A stretch of 57,345 bases of DNA, filler included, from Bipalium vagum (taxonomy: Eukaryota): NCBI GenBank assembly GCA_037834085.1. It is 3 parts of 3 records of this genome, joined end to end, with 100 filler letters (N's around TTAATTAATTAA, not from the genome) between each part and the next. Parts side by side here need not be neighbours in the genome. Positions count along the whole stretch, not along the records: positions 1 to 20,100 come from JBBMKC010260256.1; 2 more parts are not named here. The stretch is one strand, 5' to 3'. Below the pieces are notes generated by a model. It worked only from the letters and a program-made list of their open reading frames with translations, was not told the DNA's origin and ran no database searches. Of this stretch, positions 1 through 14,000 are shown piece after piece. The translations under genes and the position numbers were made by a program. The stretch's first letter is position 1, and every line of letters begins with the position of its first letter.

Positions 1-146
1 CACTTCAAACATGGCATAGAATTGTTGGAGAACAACTGGACTAAATGTGTTGAATTGCTAGGAGACTATGTTATATAGTAATATGAATTTAAATAAAAAA
101 TGTACGTTTTTTCTTTTTCGTTTTCAGAACTTTTCACAAAACCTAT
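1..146 (+). mobile_element. 3' end of a mariner element (transposase C-terminus and degenerate TIR), cut by the window start
   Basis: Frame 1 reads HFKHGIELLENNWTKCVELLGDYVI*, the typical mariner C-terminal GI..L..RW.KC....GDYV motif. A TIR-like AGAACTTTTCACAAAACCTA follows. Confidence 0.7.
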
Positions 147-163
147 ATAAAAGAAATCGCATT

Positions 164-1375
164 CACAAATTTACAGGCGTTTGAACAAATTTTGATAAAA
201 TATTAGAAAACTGTAATAAAATAATAAAACATTACAATAAAACTGGAAAACGAGATATTCCTCAAATTCCAAAACTTGATTCAAGTCCAATAAATAAGTT
301 GACCCAACCGCAATGAAACATGATGTAAAATATATTTTAAAAGATTTTAAAGACAGACATATTGCTGATGTATTAGAAATGATACATGAAATCAACAATA
401 TTCAAAATTCAATTCCAATAGAAAAACTTGAAAGAGCAATAGTAAAATTAATTATGAAAGGTAAAGTTTTATATGACGCGGCTTTGCCGCTAGCAATCCC
501 ATTGCGTCAGGGTTTACCAACAGCTTCTAAAAGTATTGCAAATGAAAAATTATTTGAAGGTAACGAAGAATTAAAACCAGTAAATAAAAAGAAATTATCA
601 AATGAACTTCATATAGGATTTAGCAAACCTAAACAATACCTTAAAGTTGAAGTTTTTAAAAAAGATGATATTTGGTCAGCAGACTTAACATTTGTACCAG
701 GAGAAAGAGAATATAAAATAATATTAACAGTTACTTATTTATTCACAAGATACGCTTTTGCTGTACCTTTAAAAAATGAACCAGGAGAATCTATAACAGA
801 GGCATTTGATGAAATATTTGGAGACTACCAAGGAAAACTATTAAAACTTTGGATTGTTAAAGGTACTGAATTTTACAATAAAACATTTGAAGAATTTTGT
901 GATGATAATGAGATTGAAATCTACTCAACAGAAGATGAAAGAACAGCTTTAGTAATTGAAAGATTTAGTAAAACTTTAAAGAATATGATGTTTAAAAAAT
1001 CTACAGAACAAGGAAACAAAAAATGATTAAACTTCTTTCCAAATTTTAAAAATATTATATTGTATAATAATAAAATTCATAGTGCAATTGGTATTTCTCC
1101 TAATGAAGCATTCAAAAACCCTGAAAAATTAAAAAGTGATGAAAATATTTTAGATTTAAGTTTAAAACTAAAACCTCAATATCATATCAAAGATCATGTA
1201 AGAATTTTTTAATATAAAAATAAATTTGAAAAAGGATACACAGCAAAATGGATTAATGAAATTCGTATTGAGATTTATTTTACAAATCCAATAGTTTATA
1301 GTATTAAATATAAAAATGATGAAAAAAATATTAGGAAAATTTTATGAAAATGAGCTTCAAAAAAGAAACTTTTAA
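164..1375 (+). pseudogene. Polinton/Maverick (adintovirus-like) relic: parvovirus-type PLA2 domain followed by a retroviral-like DDE integrase
   Basis: PLA2 motifs: HKFTGV*TNFDKIL (164-205), then SPINK/frameshift/VDPTAMKHDVKY...DRHIAD. Integrase motifs in ORF 313-1026: ELH...DDIWSADL...FTRYAFAVPLK...KLWIVKGTEFYNK...VIERFSKTLK. After TGA 1024 it continues YNNKIHSAIGISP...FEKGYTAKW...LGKFYENELQK. It has internal stops and frameshifts. Confidence 0.85.
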
Positions 1376-2068
1376 AAGGAAATGAATTGGTTTCGCTAAA
1401 TTAAAATAAAAACAATTATTAGATAAATATGAATCTTCCTTCAAACGACGAAATCATTTCAAATAATTGTAATTGTTATTTAACAAATTTAATTTATAAT
1501 TTATTATTTTTTAATAGAATTAAATAGACAAGAAATTAATAATATTAAAATATTAATAAATGATATAATTACGGGGGTTTCGTCTTCAATATATTGATAA
1601 GGAATCTCTTATTTATCTTGAAAATTTACAATTTAATATTTTTTAAGTAATAGATTGTGTACTTTTTTTAATTTTGAACTTTTGAAATTTTAAATCTGGT
1701 TCGAAATTATGTTGATTCTTTTGATAATCATTTTTTTTTAAAATTATTTAATATTTGATATATTTAAAATGAATAAGTAAAATAATTTAAGTTTGATCAG
1801 TTAGAATTTAAAGTATAACATTACTAGATATTAATTTTCTTTTTAAGATATTTAACATTTAAATTTTGATTGTATGAAATTTCCTATTGTTTAAATATCT
1901 AAGTTTTTTGAAAAAATTTTGATTTTCAATATTAAAGATTCCTGAATTTACATAACACATATTACCTGATGCCCAGTGATAAGCACGAAGAAGTTTGTAT
2001 ATTTTCAAAAGGAACTGAATTAGACAGTTTGATTTAAGTTTAATATAATGTGTCTTAAATTTAATTAG

Positions 2069-5000
2069 TTTTAGCCAAAAATTTAGTTGAATTTTCATAT
2101 GATGAAAATGAAGTTACTCGTGAAACAATGCAACAATCAATCATATCTCTTGGTATAAAGGAACCAAAATTAATATTGAGCCTGATACTTTCGTTTTTAA
2201 AAAAATCAAAGAATAAAGTTTTTCCTTATCTTAGTTTGCCTATTACAAATATATTTAGAAAATACCAGTTGGGCATAGAATACTGTTACTGATATGTATG
2301 AAAAATATATTAAAACAAAAGGATAACGAATTTAAGAATATGATTTCATTCGTATCTGAAATAATATCTCAAGTTATTGAAGAATTGACATTTTCAAAAG
2401 TATCTCATTGTTTTAATTTTTTTTGTTATTTTGATTCTGTAGGAAATATTACCGGACCTACAACTAGCTGCTAATGACATTTTAGTGACATTAAGTACAA
2501 ATTACTGTTCACTAATCATGAGTCCTTTAATTGAAAAATTCCAGCCCGGGGTTTTGCCTCACTATTTTATAATCCACGTTTTAGGAGCAATGGCAATTAA
2601 TAATCGTAAAATTTATTTCTTTTTACTTATTTATCATTGGATCAATCAGTCTATATCAACATGAAATTATATTTTTTCACGATCTTGAGATATATGTTAG
2701 AGAATTTAGTATTATTTTATAAAAAAAAGAATCAAGAATATAAATCATTTGAATCTTAGTCTTTGTAAAAAGGTTTATTTATCCATTTATTTTTATTAAA
2801 AAATTAGATAATCGATTTTTTTAAAGATATTGATCAAATTTGTTAAATTATCAGACCTAGATTATTAACATTCCAGTCCACTCTATTTTGATGACATCAA
2901 TATTTTTTAATATAACAAAGTTGTAATTCGATAATCTATATGCTGTCCAAAAATATCTCTTAATCATAACTTTTAAAACAATTTAGATAATCTAATATTT
3001 TATATATATATATATATATAAAATATATATATATAAAAATCAATATCAATATATTTAAAAGTCTTAATCAAATTGAATCAATGACTAGATCTGAAAAATT
3101 AAGGATCGTGCATAGTAATACACGTCTCCATATATTTGTTATTATCACGGACTTCTTTGAAAATAAAATTTGTTGTTGAAGAAACTACGACCTGAAATTA
3201 TTATTGTTCCATCTTTAATAGGATTTCAATTTAACACCAAAAAATAACTACAGGGTTTTTTCTCTCTTTGAAAATGTATACCTTTTGAATTTATGAACTT
3301 ATATTTTGAATATATGTAAATCAATTTTCAATTTATTAAGTCACATTTTTAAAAATAATTACAATACAAATGTATTATTTTGCATCTTGGTATGAAATTT
3401 ATTATAGGACGATGTACCAACATTATTTATAAGCTTAATTACAGTGTCTTCATCTGATGGGGACACGATTTTCTGATGCTATTTTTCCACTTTGTAAACT
3501 TATTTTCGCACGGGATAAGAAGCGATGATTATGTTGGAAATAAGAATAACGAATGACTGCTAATTTCAATTTTTCTTTTATTTGTTGCACCTTATGGAAT
3601 AGAACTACCAATATCAATATCCTCAATCAATAAAATGATATAAATAACAAATGTTTCGGTATTAAAAGGTGTTGATTGAACATTGATACTTAATAATATC
3701 TGTCTTTGTGATTGCACAGCACACGGAAAAATTCCTTGATCTCAAATTTGGCACAACATGCACTCCCTTAATGACACACCAAGAAGCACCAACCCTTGCT
3801 CGAAGCGTAGCATTAAATCCAACTTCGACAAAAATAGATTTCAGTCATCATATTTTGCCAATATTTCTAAAAAGCTTGGAATATTTTGATCTTTCCTCAA
3901 GTGATTTAAGATCATCCTGTCTAACCGGAATCAACGAGATTCCTTTAAATGAATAATTTAAACTTTTAATGTGATATCAATTGTTTTCGCGGAAAAGGTG
4001 ACATTCACATTAATTAAATGAAAGTGTAAATCATATCTGCTGAAATTCATGCAAAAAAAAAAGACGTAATAGCCACTTAAAATTAAAAATCTGATTAGTT
4101 ATGTAGATTTATGAAAACATCTTGTAAATATTAATAAACTTTATTTGAAAATACGAGCCTTTTTTTAGGGCATCATTTTTAATATAAATATTGTCAATAT
4201 TTTTATAGTATTTTTGGCCTATTATAATCTTTGGGATTTTTGGAAAATTGTTTGAGATCATCAACTCTTATATTTTAATATCTGATAATTCGAAATTATT
4301 TTCTGATGTCATATTTTAAGAACAACGAATGGAAACTATTTTATACCTGTTAACCTCATTCCTGTTGATTTTCACTTATTATTATTTTGTTTTTTGAATG
4401 AAATTGAGATGATTATTATTAATAACACGGAAAATTATCAAGATTCTTTTATCTTCAATGTAATGTATATCAGTGGTTGTAAATTGATTTTCAAAATTTC
4501 TTAAGTCTAATTTGAGATCTCAAATCATTTTATAGGTACTTTATTAGAATAGCGTTTCATTCATAATTGTTGGATATCATCATTTCAATATTAATTGATG
4601 TTCAATACAAAGGGTATCATCTTATCTAAATACAATGTGATCAGTGTAAAAATTTAATATGAATCAGCTGTCGAATGGTTGACAATATGATAATGACAAA
4701 TGTTAATAAATCAGAGGAAATTTAAACAATTTTATCACTTTTTTTCCATTAAAACATAAATATTCAGAAAATATTTTAAATTGAAAAATAAACTATTAAA
4801 TGAAACTACTTTTTGATTGATCGCAATATAAAACTGGTATAAATTTTAAACTTAAATGAAAGATTCGAATTGATAAAGGAACAGATCAATAATTAAAAAT
4901 TGATATTGATGATGATTTATAAAAATATCGGATTAAGTTTTTCACTTCCACAAAATCCAGAAAAAGTGTGTTTCTTAATGTGAAATGAAATAAACGGAAA

Positions 5001-8000
5001 TCTATTTTATAGTTGAGAAACGTTTCATCAATTTATAAATTTTTATTAAAAAATTCATTATGAAAGAAACATTTTTGTTTTTATTTTCGTTTTTTGATAT
5101 TCTTTTAATTAAACTTTGCTTGAAATTAAAAATTTTGTTTACAATTTTATCCAAACACATTTTTAGGTTAAGTATGACTGGAAAAACAAACTAGAGAATA
5201 CAATTAAGAATTACGTATAAACAAATTGGGATTCTTATCGGTTTTTATATCAAATAGATTTTATAGCTGTATCAGTATGTATTAACGGTTTGAACTAGTT
5301 ACAACGGAAAGTTTCAAAGATCAATTAGGTAGTTAATAGGCTAATGTATTCAGTTATCAGAGGTCAACTACAAGAATTTTATTTTGATTTTAATCATTTT
5401 CAAATATAATTTTAGATTAATACATAAATATAAAATTGAGATGATTAAGATTTTGATATATTTGTGATGTTGAACTTCGATATCACTGCTCTTTTGTCAA
5501 GGTTAATTTAATATTTCTGATGTTATCCAATTTTTTAGTATCGAGACTTACAGAGGGATTTTTTAATTAGCGGAGCGTTGTATGGGAGCGCAGCGAGAAT
5601 GGTGACCAATCTCGTTATAATTGATTAAAACATATACTTACAAAAGTAAAGCTAATCATTTAATTAATCATTTAAAACAAAAACAAAATGCTGCAGCTAT
5701 ATCGAATGAAATCAATTTGTAATATTAATTTCAAAAAAGAAAAAATTCTAGATTTTACCATGTTTTTAAATGCATTGTTGTCAATATGTGCTACATTTAA
5801 AAGGATGAGTTTTTTGATAATAAAAAATAGTTTTTATCTTCCAAATAACACCTAATATTTTCAGTTCAGTTAATGCAAAAATATATTAGAAGTGATTGGT
5901 AATAAATTCGTCAGAATATTTACTTAATCAAAACAAAATTTCCTCAAATTTTCTAGGCTTATTGTTGATTGGTCTTGGCTTAATCTAAAAATTTCGATTT
6001 TTAATTATAATTGTTTTCACACTATTATAGTTAAAATTGGATTTTTTGGAATATCAAAGAAATAGAACGAAATAATTATATTTATTTGGTTGAACGTAAA
6101 GTTCTTGCCAATTTTTTACTATTATTATGTTATAACTCAAATAACAAATGTCCTGATGCTTTACAATAAACTTATATATTATCATTTGATGAGTAATGTA
6201 TTAAATTATATTAATACAGAAATTATTTGTTTATGTGAATTATCTTTCTATTTTTTTAGCGCTAAAATGAATTATGACAAAGAAAATATAAGACTGTATC
6301 TTGTACAAATTTCAGAAGAAGAACAGTGCGACTGAGGCAACCAGAAATTTGCAAGAGGTATTCGGAAAGGAAATTGTCAAAGATAGAACAGTTCGGTTCT
6401 GGCTTCAAAAATCCAAAAATGAAAATTTCAGCTTGGAAGAAAAACCACGTTCAGACAGGCCTTCTATTGTTGATGAAGCCATTTTGAAGTCTGAATTAAG
6501 AGCAGACCCATTTTCTACTACAAGAGAATTAGCGAAGAGACTCCAGGTTTCACAAACAGCTATTACAACCAATATTCATAAACTAGAATTTATTCAAAAA
6601 TGGTCTAAATGGGTACCTCATGATCTCACAGAAAAAAAAGTATCGTTCTTCTCTCCTTTTACGATATGAAAACGAACCATTTTTTGACAGATTGATAACC
6701 GGAGACGAAAAATGGATTCGTCACAGCAATGTCACGCGTAAGAGAGCCTATTTCTTACCAGGTGAACCAGTTCCCAACACATCAAAACCGAATATTCATG
6801 CAAAAAAGACCATGATTTCTATTTGGTGGAATCGCAAGGGAATTGTACATTTCGAATTGTTACTTCCTGGTGAAACAATTACAGACGATCTGTACTGTGA
6901 ACAATTGATACGATTATCATATGAAATACGAAATAAATGTCCGAATTTAGCCAATCGAAAGGGTGTTATTCTACACCATGACAATGCAAGGCCACACATT
7001 GCAATCAAAACCCATCGGAAGGTACATGAACTGGTTTGGGAAGTTCTTAATCACCCTCCATATTCGCCTGACATTGCTCCTTCGGACTACTATTTATTTC
7101 GTACCTTGCAAAATTATCTGGACCAGAGATCATTCGTTGATTCGAGTGATGTTAAATCGGCTCTATGACTTGTCTCCGAGTCCAAATCCGAAGATTTTTT
7201 TGCTAGAGGTATCGATGGTTTACCAGATAGATGGAGATAAATTGTTGAAAATAATGGAAACTATACTTTGGATTAAATAAATATCTTTGTTAAAAATTTT
7301 TTGGTGTTTATTTTTGTTTAAAAAGAACTTTACGTTCAATCTGATAATACAATAAAAAATGATTTGTAATTTAAGATAAAAAAAAAATTGTTAAAGAATG
7401 AAATCGAAAATAAAAAAATAAAAATATTTATTTACTTATAAATTATTTAAGATAAAAAATATTCTATAATTAATGCAAGGAATTTGAGAAAATTTAAAAA
7501 CAATTTTAGATAAATTAAAAAAAATAATTTAGTTAAAGAATTTAATTATTTTGTTTTCTTTGTAAATTGTCTATAAAATTTTGATTCAAACTCAACATTT
7601 TCTGTTAATTGAAAAATTCCATAATATTAGTTACTGATAAATATAATTAAGTAGTTGGTTTAACAAAGTTAAATTATAGTGGCTTAGAAATTGTTACTGA
7701 AAGAAAATTGAAAAAATGGCGAAACTAATGTAAAGAGTAAATAATAAAATTATTCTTTTTATAAATAATTGAGTTTTGAAGGAATATATAATAAAGAAAT
7801 AATTTTAATGTAAATTGAAATAGATAATTATTATCGAGGGGTTTTTGTGATATTTATGATTTCACTTTCAGTATTTGTTAATTTCTATTTTCATTTTGCT
7901 CCTCTTTATTGCTGAATGTGTTCCATTAAAAAAAACTAAGAGAAGAATATAAATTAATTTGATATTTCGTTTGTGATTTATATCGATTAAAAAATTAATG

Positions 8001-11000
8001 AAAAACTATTTTGGTATTTTTATACGTTTGTTCCTCAACAGGTAAAATCAATTTAGTTTTGTTTATAATTTAGCATACGAGATGATATCACACTTGTGCA
8101 GCATCATTAGTCAATTACTGACATTGCTCTCACTGGCTAAGACAGATAATTTTCGATGGGTTATTGCAACAACCATAAGTCAATTTTGTGAAGCAATTCT
8201 GGAGTATATTGCAAATCCTGATCGGGCTCCTGACTCAAATGTTACAACTTCTACTTTTTCCACCTACATATTATCGGCATTTGACGTTTTTTTTGCCAAC
8301 TGGTTAAACACTAAAGAACCAAAGGTAAAGTATATTTTTATGTAATCATTTTTTCCCCATTCATTGAAAATTATATCTCAATCCATTTATTATTAGTTCG
8401 GTACAACAGAAATTACCGTTTTCAACATAAAACGACAAGACAAACAAAATATTGTTAATTAAAATAACAACCATTCGGTGAACACATTTTTCCTATTGTG
8501 ACACAAGTTTATTTATTTCAGTCAAGAAGTCTAGTTTTCTGGAGGCAATAAAATAGTTAAGTCATCGTTCTGATTCTTTAAGTTTTTTTCCAGAATAAAA
8601 GAAGTCAGAAAAAAAAATCACATCATATTTTCATGAATCACAGATCCTAAATATTCATACAATCATTCGATGGTATAAAAAAAATATTTATTTCAAAGAA
8701 AAGAGCTGGTGATTTAAGTTTAAAAACATTGAATTATAGACAAAAAATTCTAAAATTAGAAAATATTCTTGTCTAAGTACCTGGATATTATGTAGCTGAG
8801 GTTGAAATAAGTAAAAACCATTAGTAAATAAACAATAGTATTTAACAATAATTATTAATAATAAATAATTTAAAAAATAATAAAAGATAAACTTGACATT
8901 TTACATATTTGTATAATAGGTAAATGTCATTTATTTAGGACTACGAAAAAAATTTGTCAAGCGAAAAAAATTTGTTGATTTTACTCAACGAAAATTTTTT
9001 AATATTGAATTTTTAAATTGGTTTTCAAATTATTACAACGCACAACTGCATTTACTATTTTCCTATTCAGCCTTTTTGAAAAATATCAAAGTGTTATTCG
9101 TTTATCTTATCGTTCAATTATCGGTTTTATCAACTTTCTAGAAATTATTTTTATATTCCTCTTGTCTGATGAACATACTTTTTTGAAAACAGATCTCGGT
9201 GTGAAGTCTTTGACAGTTTTTTCATTTGAATGATTAGAAATTATTAAGGCTTTCTGAAAAAGAAAATATGCTATCAGTCCACAAAATGATTAATTAATCA
9301 TTACACGAATCTTTCTAAATGGTGAGAAAGAATTTTATGATAATTGTGGGGCTATTTGATTTGATATTGGAGAAGTTTTCGGAATCTGGTACTTTAAGTA
9401 ATATCAACATTTTTAACTTACATAATCATTAAATTCGATATTGAATTACTATAACTCATTAAAATAAGTCTAAATTTGTTTTAAATAAGTAAACATTTGC
9501 ATCATTAGTATAAATATAAAAAAATACCTTCAAAAATGGATTGATAGCCGGATTTCTTCAAAAGAACCAGAATTTTTTTCGTGGAATCCATTGTGTGCCT
9601 AAAAGTTAGTACAATGTCATATCTGTAAATGGAAAATATTTTTATTAAATGTTATTAAATAAAATTTTTTTAAAAACGTCTTTATTCTGGAATCATAATA
9701 ATACACCTAATAAGATATCAAAATTTCCGGGAAAATTATCATTTGACAATTTAATACGATTTTAAATATCGCCTTAGACCGAAGCAATATCTATATCGAC
9801 TTAATTTAGCTTTTCAGAATGAAGCACCATCAAAGAGCTTGTCTAAAAATCACATTTCATGGGGGTTGTTTATCAACGTCAGTTTTAGCCACTAATCTTC
9901 ATGATTTTGGTGAAATGATTGAAAGAGATTGACATCACATCTTGTAAAATTGAGACATTCGTTGGTATTGACTTGAGAAAGCAATTGAGACCATTTTGAA
10001 TCATGAAGGACGGAATCTTTGCCGCCTTTGGATCCTATAAAATTTGACATTTGAAAAAGAATGCTTTGTTAAATTTTGTCAAAAGATATTCCAGAAATTT
10101 AGCAGAGATCGTTCAAATTTATTTTACAACATCGTCACTGGTATATTAATTAATATTAATTAATTTACCAGGGTGATTCAAAATTTTTTCATTTTTTAGT
10201 TATTTTAGGTATGTGTTAATCACATTTAAATTTTGGATTTACATAAAAAATTTGGTATCATTTTAAAGCTACCGAAAAACTATATATATATACGCTTTAA
10301 AATATTTCTAAACTCTATTAAATTATTTTATAGTTTAGAATGATTGATGGAAAACCAGTAGTCCGATTATTATTAAGACATTACTGGAAAAAAGACATAA
10401 GAGCAGCAGCTGCAACTCGAAAAATCTGCGAAATGAAGAAAAGGATATTGTCAAGGAAAAAGCACATCGCAATGATGGTTTCGTCGTTTCTAATGATGAA
10501 AAACGAGTATTGAAGATCAGGAACTTCCAGGTCGACCATCAGTGGTGAATAAGTAGACATTTCGGGATCTAATAGAGTAACAGACTAGTAACAGTACTCG
10601 CAAGCTGTCAGAGGTGCTTGGCCATTCTCAAAGCACCATTGTGCGCCATCTGCATAACATGAGGTTTGTACATAGAAATCTACTTCGAGTTCCTGACTGG
10701 TATCGACATGGGATTTCTCAATTGGCAGAAAGATGTTATCGAAAATGATGGAATGTTTTTCGAGGAATAACAATTTGTTATAATGTTTTAAATAAAATTT
10801 TATCATAAAAACATGAAAGATTTGAATCACCCTGGAATTTGAATAAAACTTTTTAAAATTTAGTTTTTTCGAATAGTTTGATTATAAGTAAAAATTTAAT
10901 AAATTTATAACTTAAAAAATCAAAATAAAAACGATTTTTAGCAAGACAAGAGCTGAAATCGATTGTACGTTTCTGTTATTATTTTTGAGAGGATTTGGTT

Positions 11001-14000
11001 TTTATGGTAATATTTGATTTATGATTGTTATAATTGTTATTGAAAAATTAATTTTATTAACCTTATTTGACCAAAATAATGTGTGGAATATCGTCTTACA
11101 ATTAATGAGTCTGACTTTTTAAGTACTTAAATAGACATAATATGTAAAAGAAAGTATTATTTATATTTCAGTGATTTTAAAAAAGGTACGAGATTTTTAA
11201 TTGTTTCGGGTCATTCATTTTCTATAAATAAATCTTTTTAATCTAAAATTTTATTTTATTATTATTTATTAATATAATATAAAGAGAAATATATATATAG
11301 AAGAAATTACAAGTTTATTTATGACTTAATAAAAAATGTATTACTGACTTCCAATGGCTAACAAATTAACAAAAATCTCAATATTGACTAGAGATTTCGT
11401 TCAGATCGACCACTTGTTATTAACCTGGGTATTGCAAGCACTTAAGCAGTGGAGTCTGCTGCGATCTAATTCTACATTTGAAAGGATGCTCAATGTAGAT
11501 CACACAAATACTATTGATCATTTGCATCAAATTTGAAAAATAAGTTATGAAGTCTCGTAAATAAAATAAAAACATACTTTTTGCAATTTATTCTATGTAT
11601 AAAATTAGAAATATAAAAATTAAAAATGTTTTTAATTAATAACAAGCGATTTGTATTTAGTTACGTAAGGCCGTATTAGATGCCATTGGAAATATGGTTT
11701 TCATTCTTGAACGAAACAATTTTGAAACTATGCTTCCAAAGTTAATATCTGGGATAATCTTACAATACAAAAGACACAATGAATCTTACCATGTTACTAA
11801 AACCCTATCACAAATTTTACAAGCAGCCACGGGCCATTATATTGATTCCAATAAACCATCGTCATCCAATTTAGATTCACCAACAAGTCCGGAATCACCT
11901 TTGATAGTAGAATGTGCAACTCTAAATAATGAAATAGAGAACATCATCAATGTCTTATTTGTTCAGCTGCAACTTTGTCTTGATGCAAATTTAAGTACTA
12001 ATTTGACTGCCCATCCAGATTTGAATCCAGTGCGTAATCAAAATGAAGTTAAAAGATGTTTTACAACTATTTGCATGTCTTATTCAGACCAATTGATAAT
12101 GAATTGTTTACACAGATTGGAAGGTCCAGAAAAGCAAAAAGTTTCTTCATTAATTGTTTTGAGACATGTTATAAGCTCATGTGATAAAGTTCTTCACGAA
12201 AGAAGATCTCAAATTATTTCAAGTCTACGTAATTTAACCGGTGACAATGTATCATTGTCTAGCAGTAATTCTAGCAATTCAATAGTGACCAACAATGTTA
12301 AAATGCAGTTAGCTCATGTTATCATTGCCATGGGAGGTCAAGATTACCTGAGTGAAATCGGGGGTTTAAAATTTATTGAATTTATTGTACGGAACTGTGC
12401 CATTTCGACAAAAACTGAATTAAAGGTACCATTTATTTTTATTTCTTTCAAATTTCAAGTTTAGTAATAATCAATACTTATAAATAATAAATAGTTATTA
12501 ATATTATCATTAAACTGTAAAGAGCAAAAAGATATTTGGAAATGTGGAAAATCAAAACATTCAAACTGTTAGCAATTTGCAATTGCGAAATTTTTGTGAG
12601 AACGTTTTGAAATTGGGTAGCAGTACAGTGAAATCAATGAGATCTGTATTATGGCCTTATTTAATGGAATTGGTAATTCCTATCGAATTTACGGATGCCG
12701 TCGGAACAATTTGCTGTGCAATACACAATTTATTTTCCAGCGAGGTTTGGTATTTCATTCGTTAATTATCAGGATATCGCTTCTGTAGACAGGAGAAATA
12801 AGAGACGCTGAGATCGGGCAAAATGAAGAAATGACTCAAGAGCACGATGATATTGAATGCATAATCGATTATGACAAATACGGTTGGCATAGAAATATAT
12901 AATTTAATATTATATTATATTTAATTTTTCTTTGTTTAAAATATCAAGTATTTTTAAAAGGAAAATGAAACAACATTGATAGAAAATTTTATCGTAAGAT
13001 TTGTAGTAGGAAATTTTACACGTTTTTTAGAGAAGACATTTTTATGGTAATGGAACTTTTCCGAAAGAGATCAATATTCGACATGGGGTGTTGAATGAAT
13101 GAGGCAGTTGTATGCCTCCAGCAAGGGTGTTATATAGGATTTTAGAGCGATTTGCGATGTTTGGATGTAAGGAGTGAGAGGGATAATTAATAAAAAATAA
13201 TAATCATTATTTTTGACAATTTTCCAATTGCTCAATCGATTGTTCAGGGAAAATATTTTTTATGAAGATGTTGGAATTATTCTTGTCTTAACATTTATCT
13301 GCTCTCTTACAAAGGGATCGGTTGACAAATCAACGATAGACGACAATAGTGCTGAGTATGTCGTTGAATTTTTTGTGTCCATTTTAAAATTCTCCAAATC
13401 GTGACCTTTTTCAAATCAGTACCACCTAAAAATTTTCTAATTTGATCTACTGATATCTTTAAATCTTTTAATATATTCGCAATTGTTGATTGTTGATTTC
13501 TGTTGAACTTTTGTTTGAATTCTTTTTTCTTTTTAAGATCAATCAGTAAATTATTAATTAAAAAATTAATTAAACAAAATCACATTTAGTCAATATTCCG
13601 GGACCTCAGCCTCTCATGTCAAGATTAATTGTGAGCTTGGAAAATTGTGCAGCTATTTTATAATTATGGTTCGATAAATTAAGATTTTGACTGGTGTGCC
13701 AACTCGCTGCGACTTCCGAGCAGTTCATATCTTGAAGGCCATGAACGTTTTGGCGTACAATTTCCACGAAAATTTACCAGGAATATGGGAAGTCATTATT
13801 CCGAAATTAATTTCATATTTGGAAGGTTGGTCATTGAATTTTTTACAACGAAATTTTTATAAATGACACATTATTACATTTAAAGTCCGTGTAACAATTA
13901 TAAGAGAAAATAAACGAAAAACCTTTTCTATAGAACTTAACTAACATTGATTTAACAACCTTTAATTGAATAATATGATATATAAGATCAATTCAGACTT

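Noticed and set aside
1024-1026. TGA read as Trp (alternative genetic code) in the integrase
   Set aside because: The same relic has other stops and frameshifts, and the host exons use TGG for Trp with no in-frame TGA. This is simple decay.
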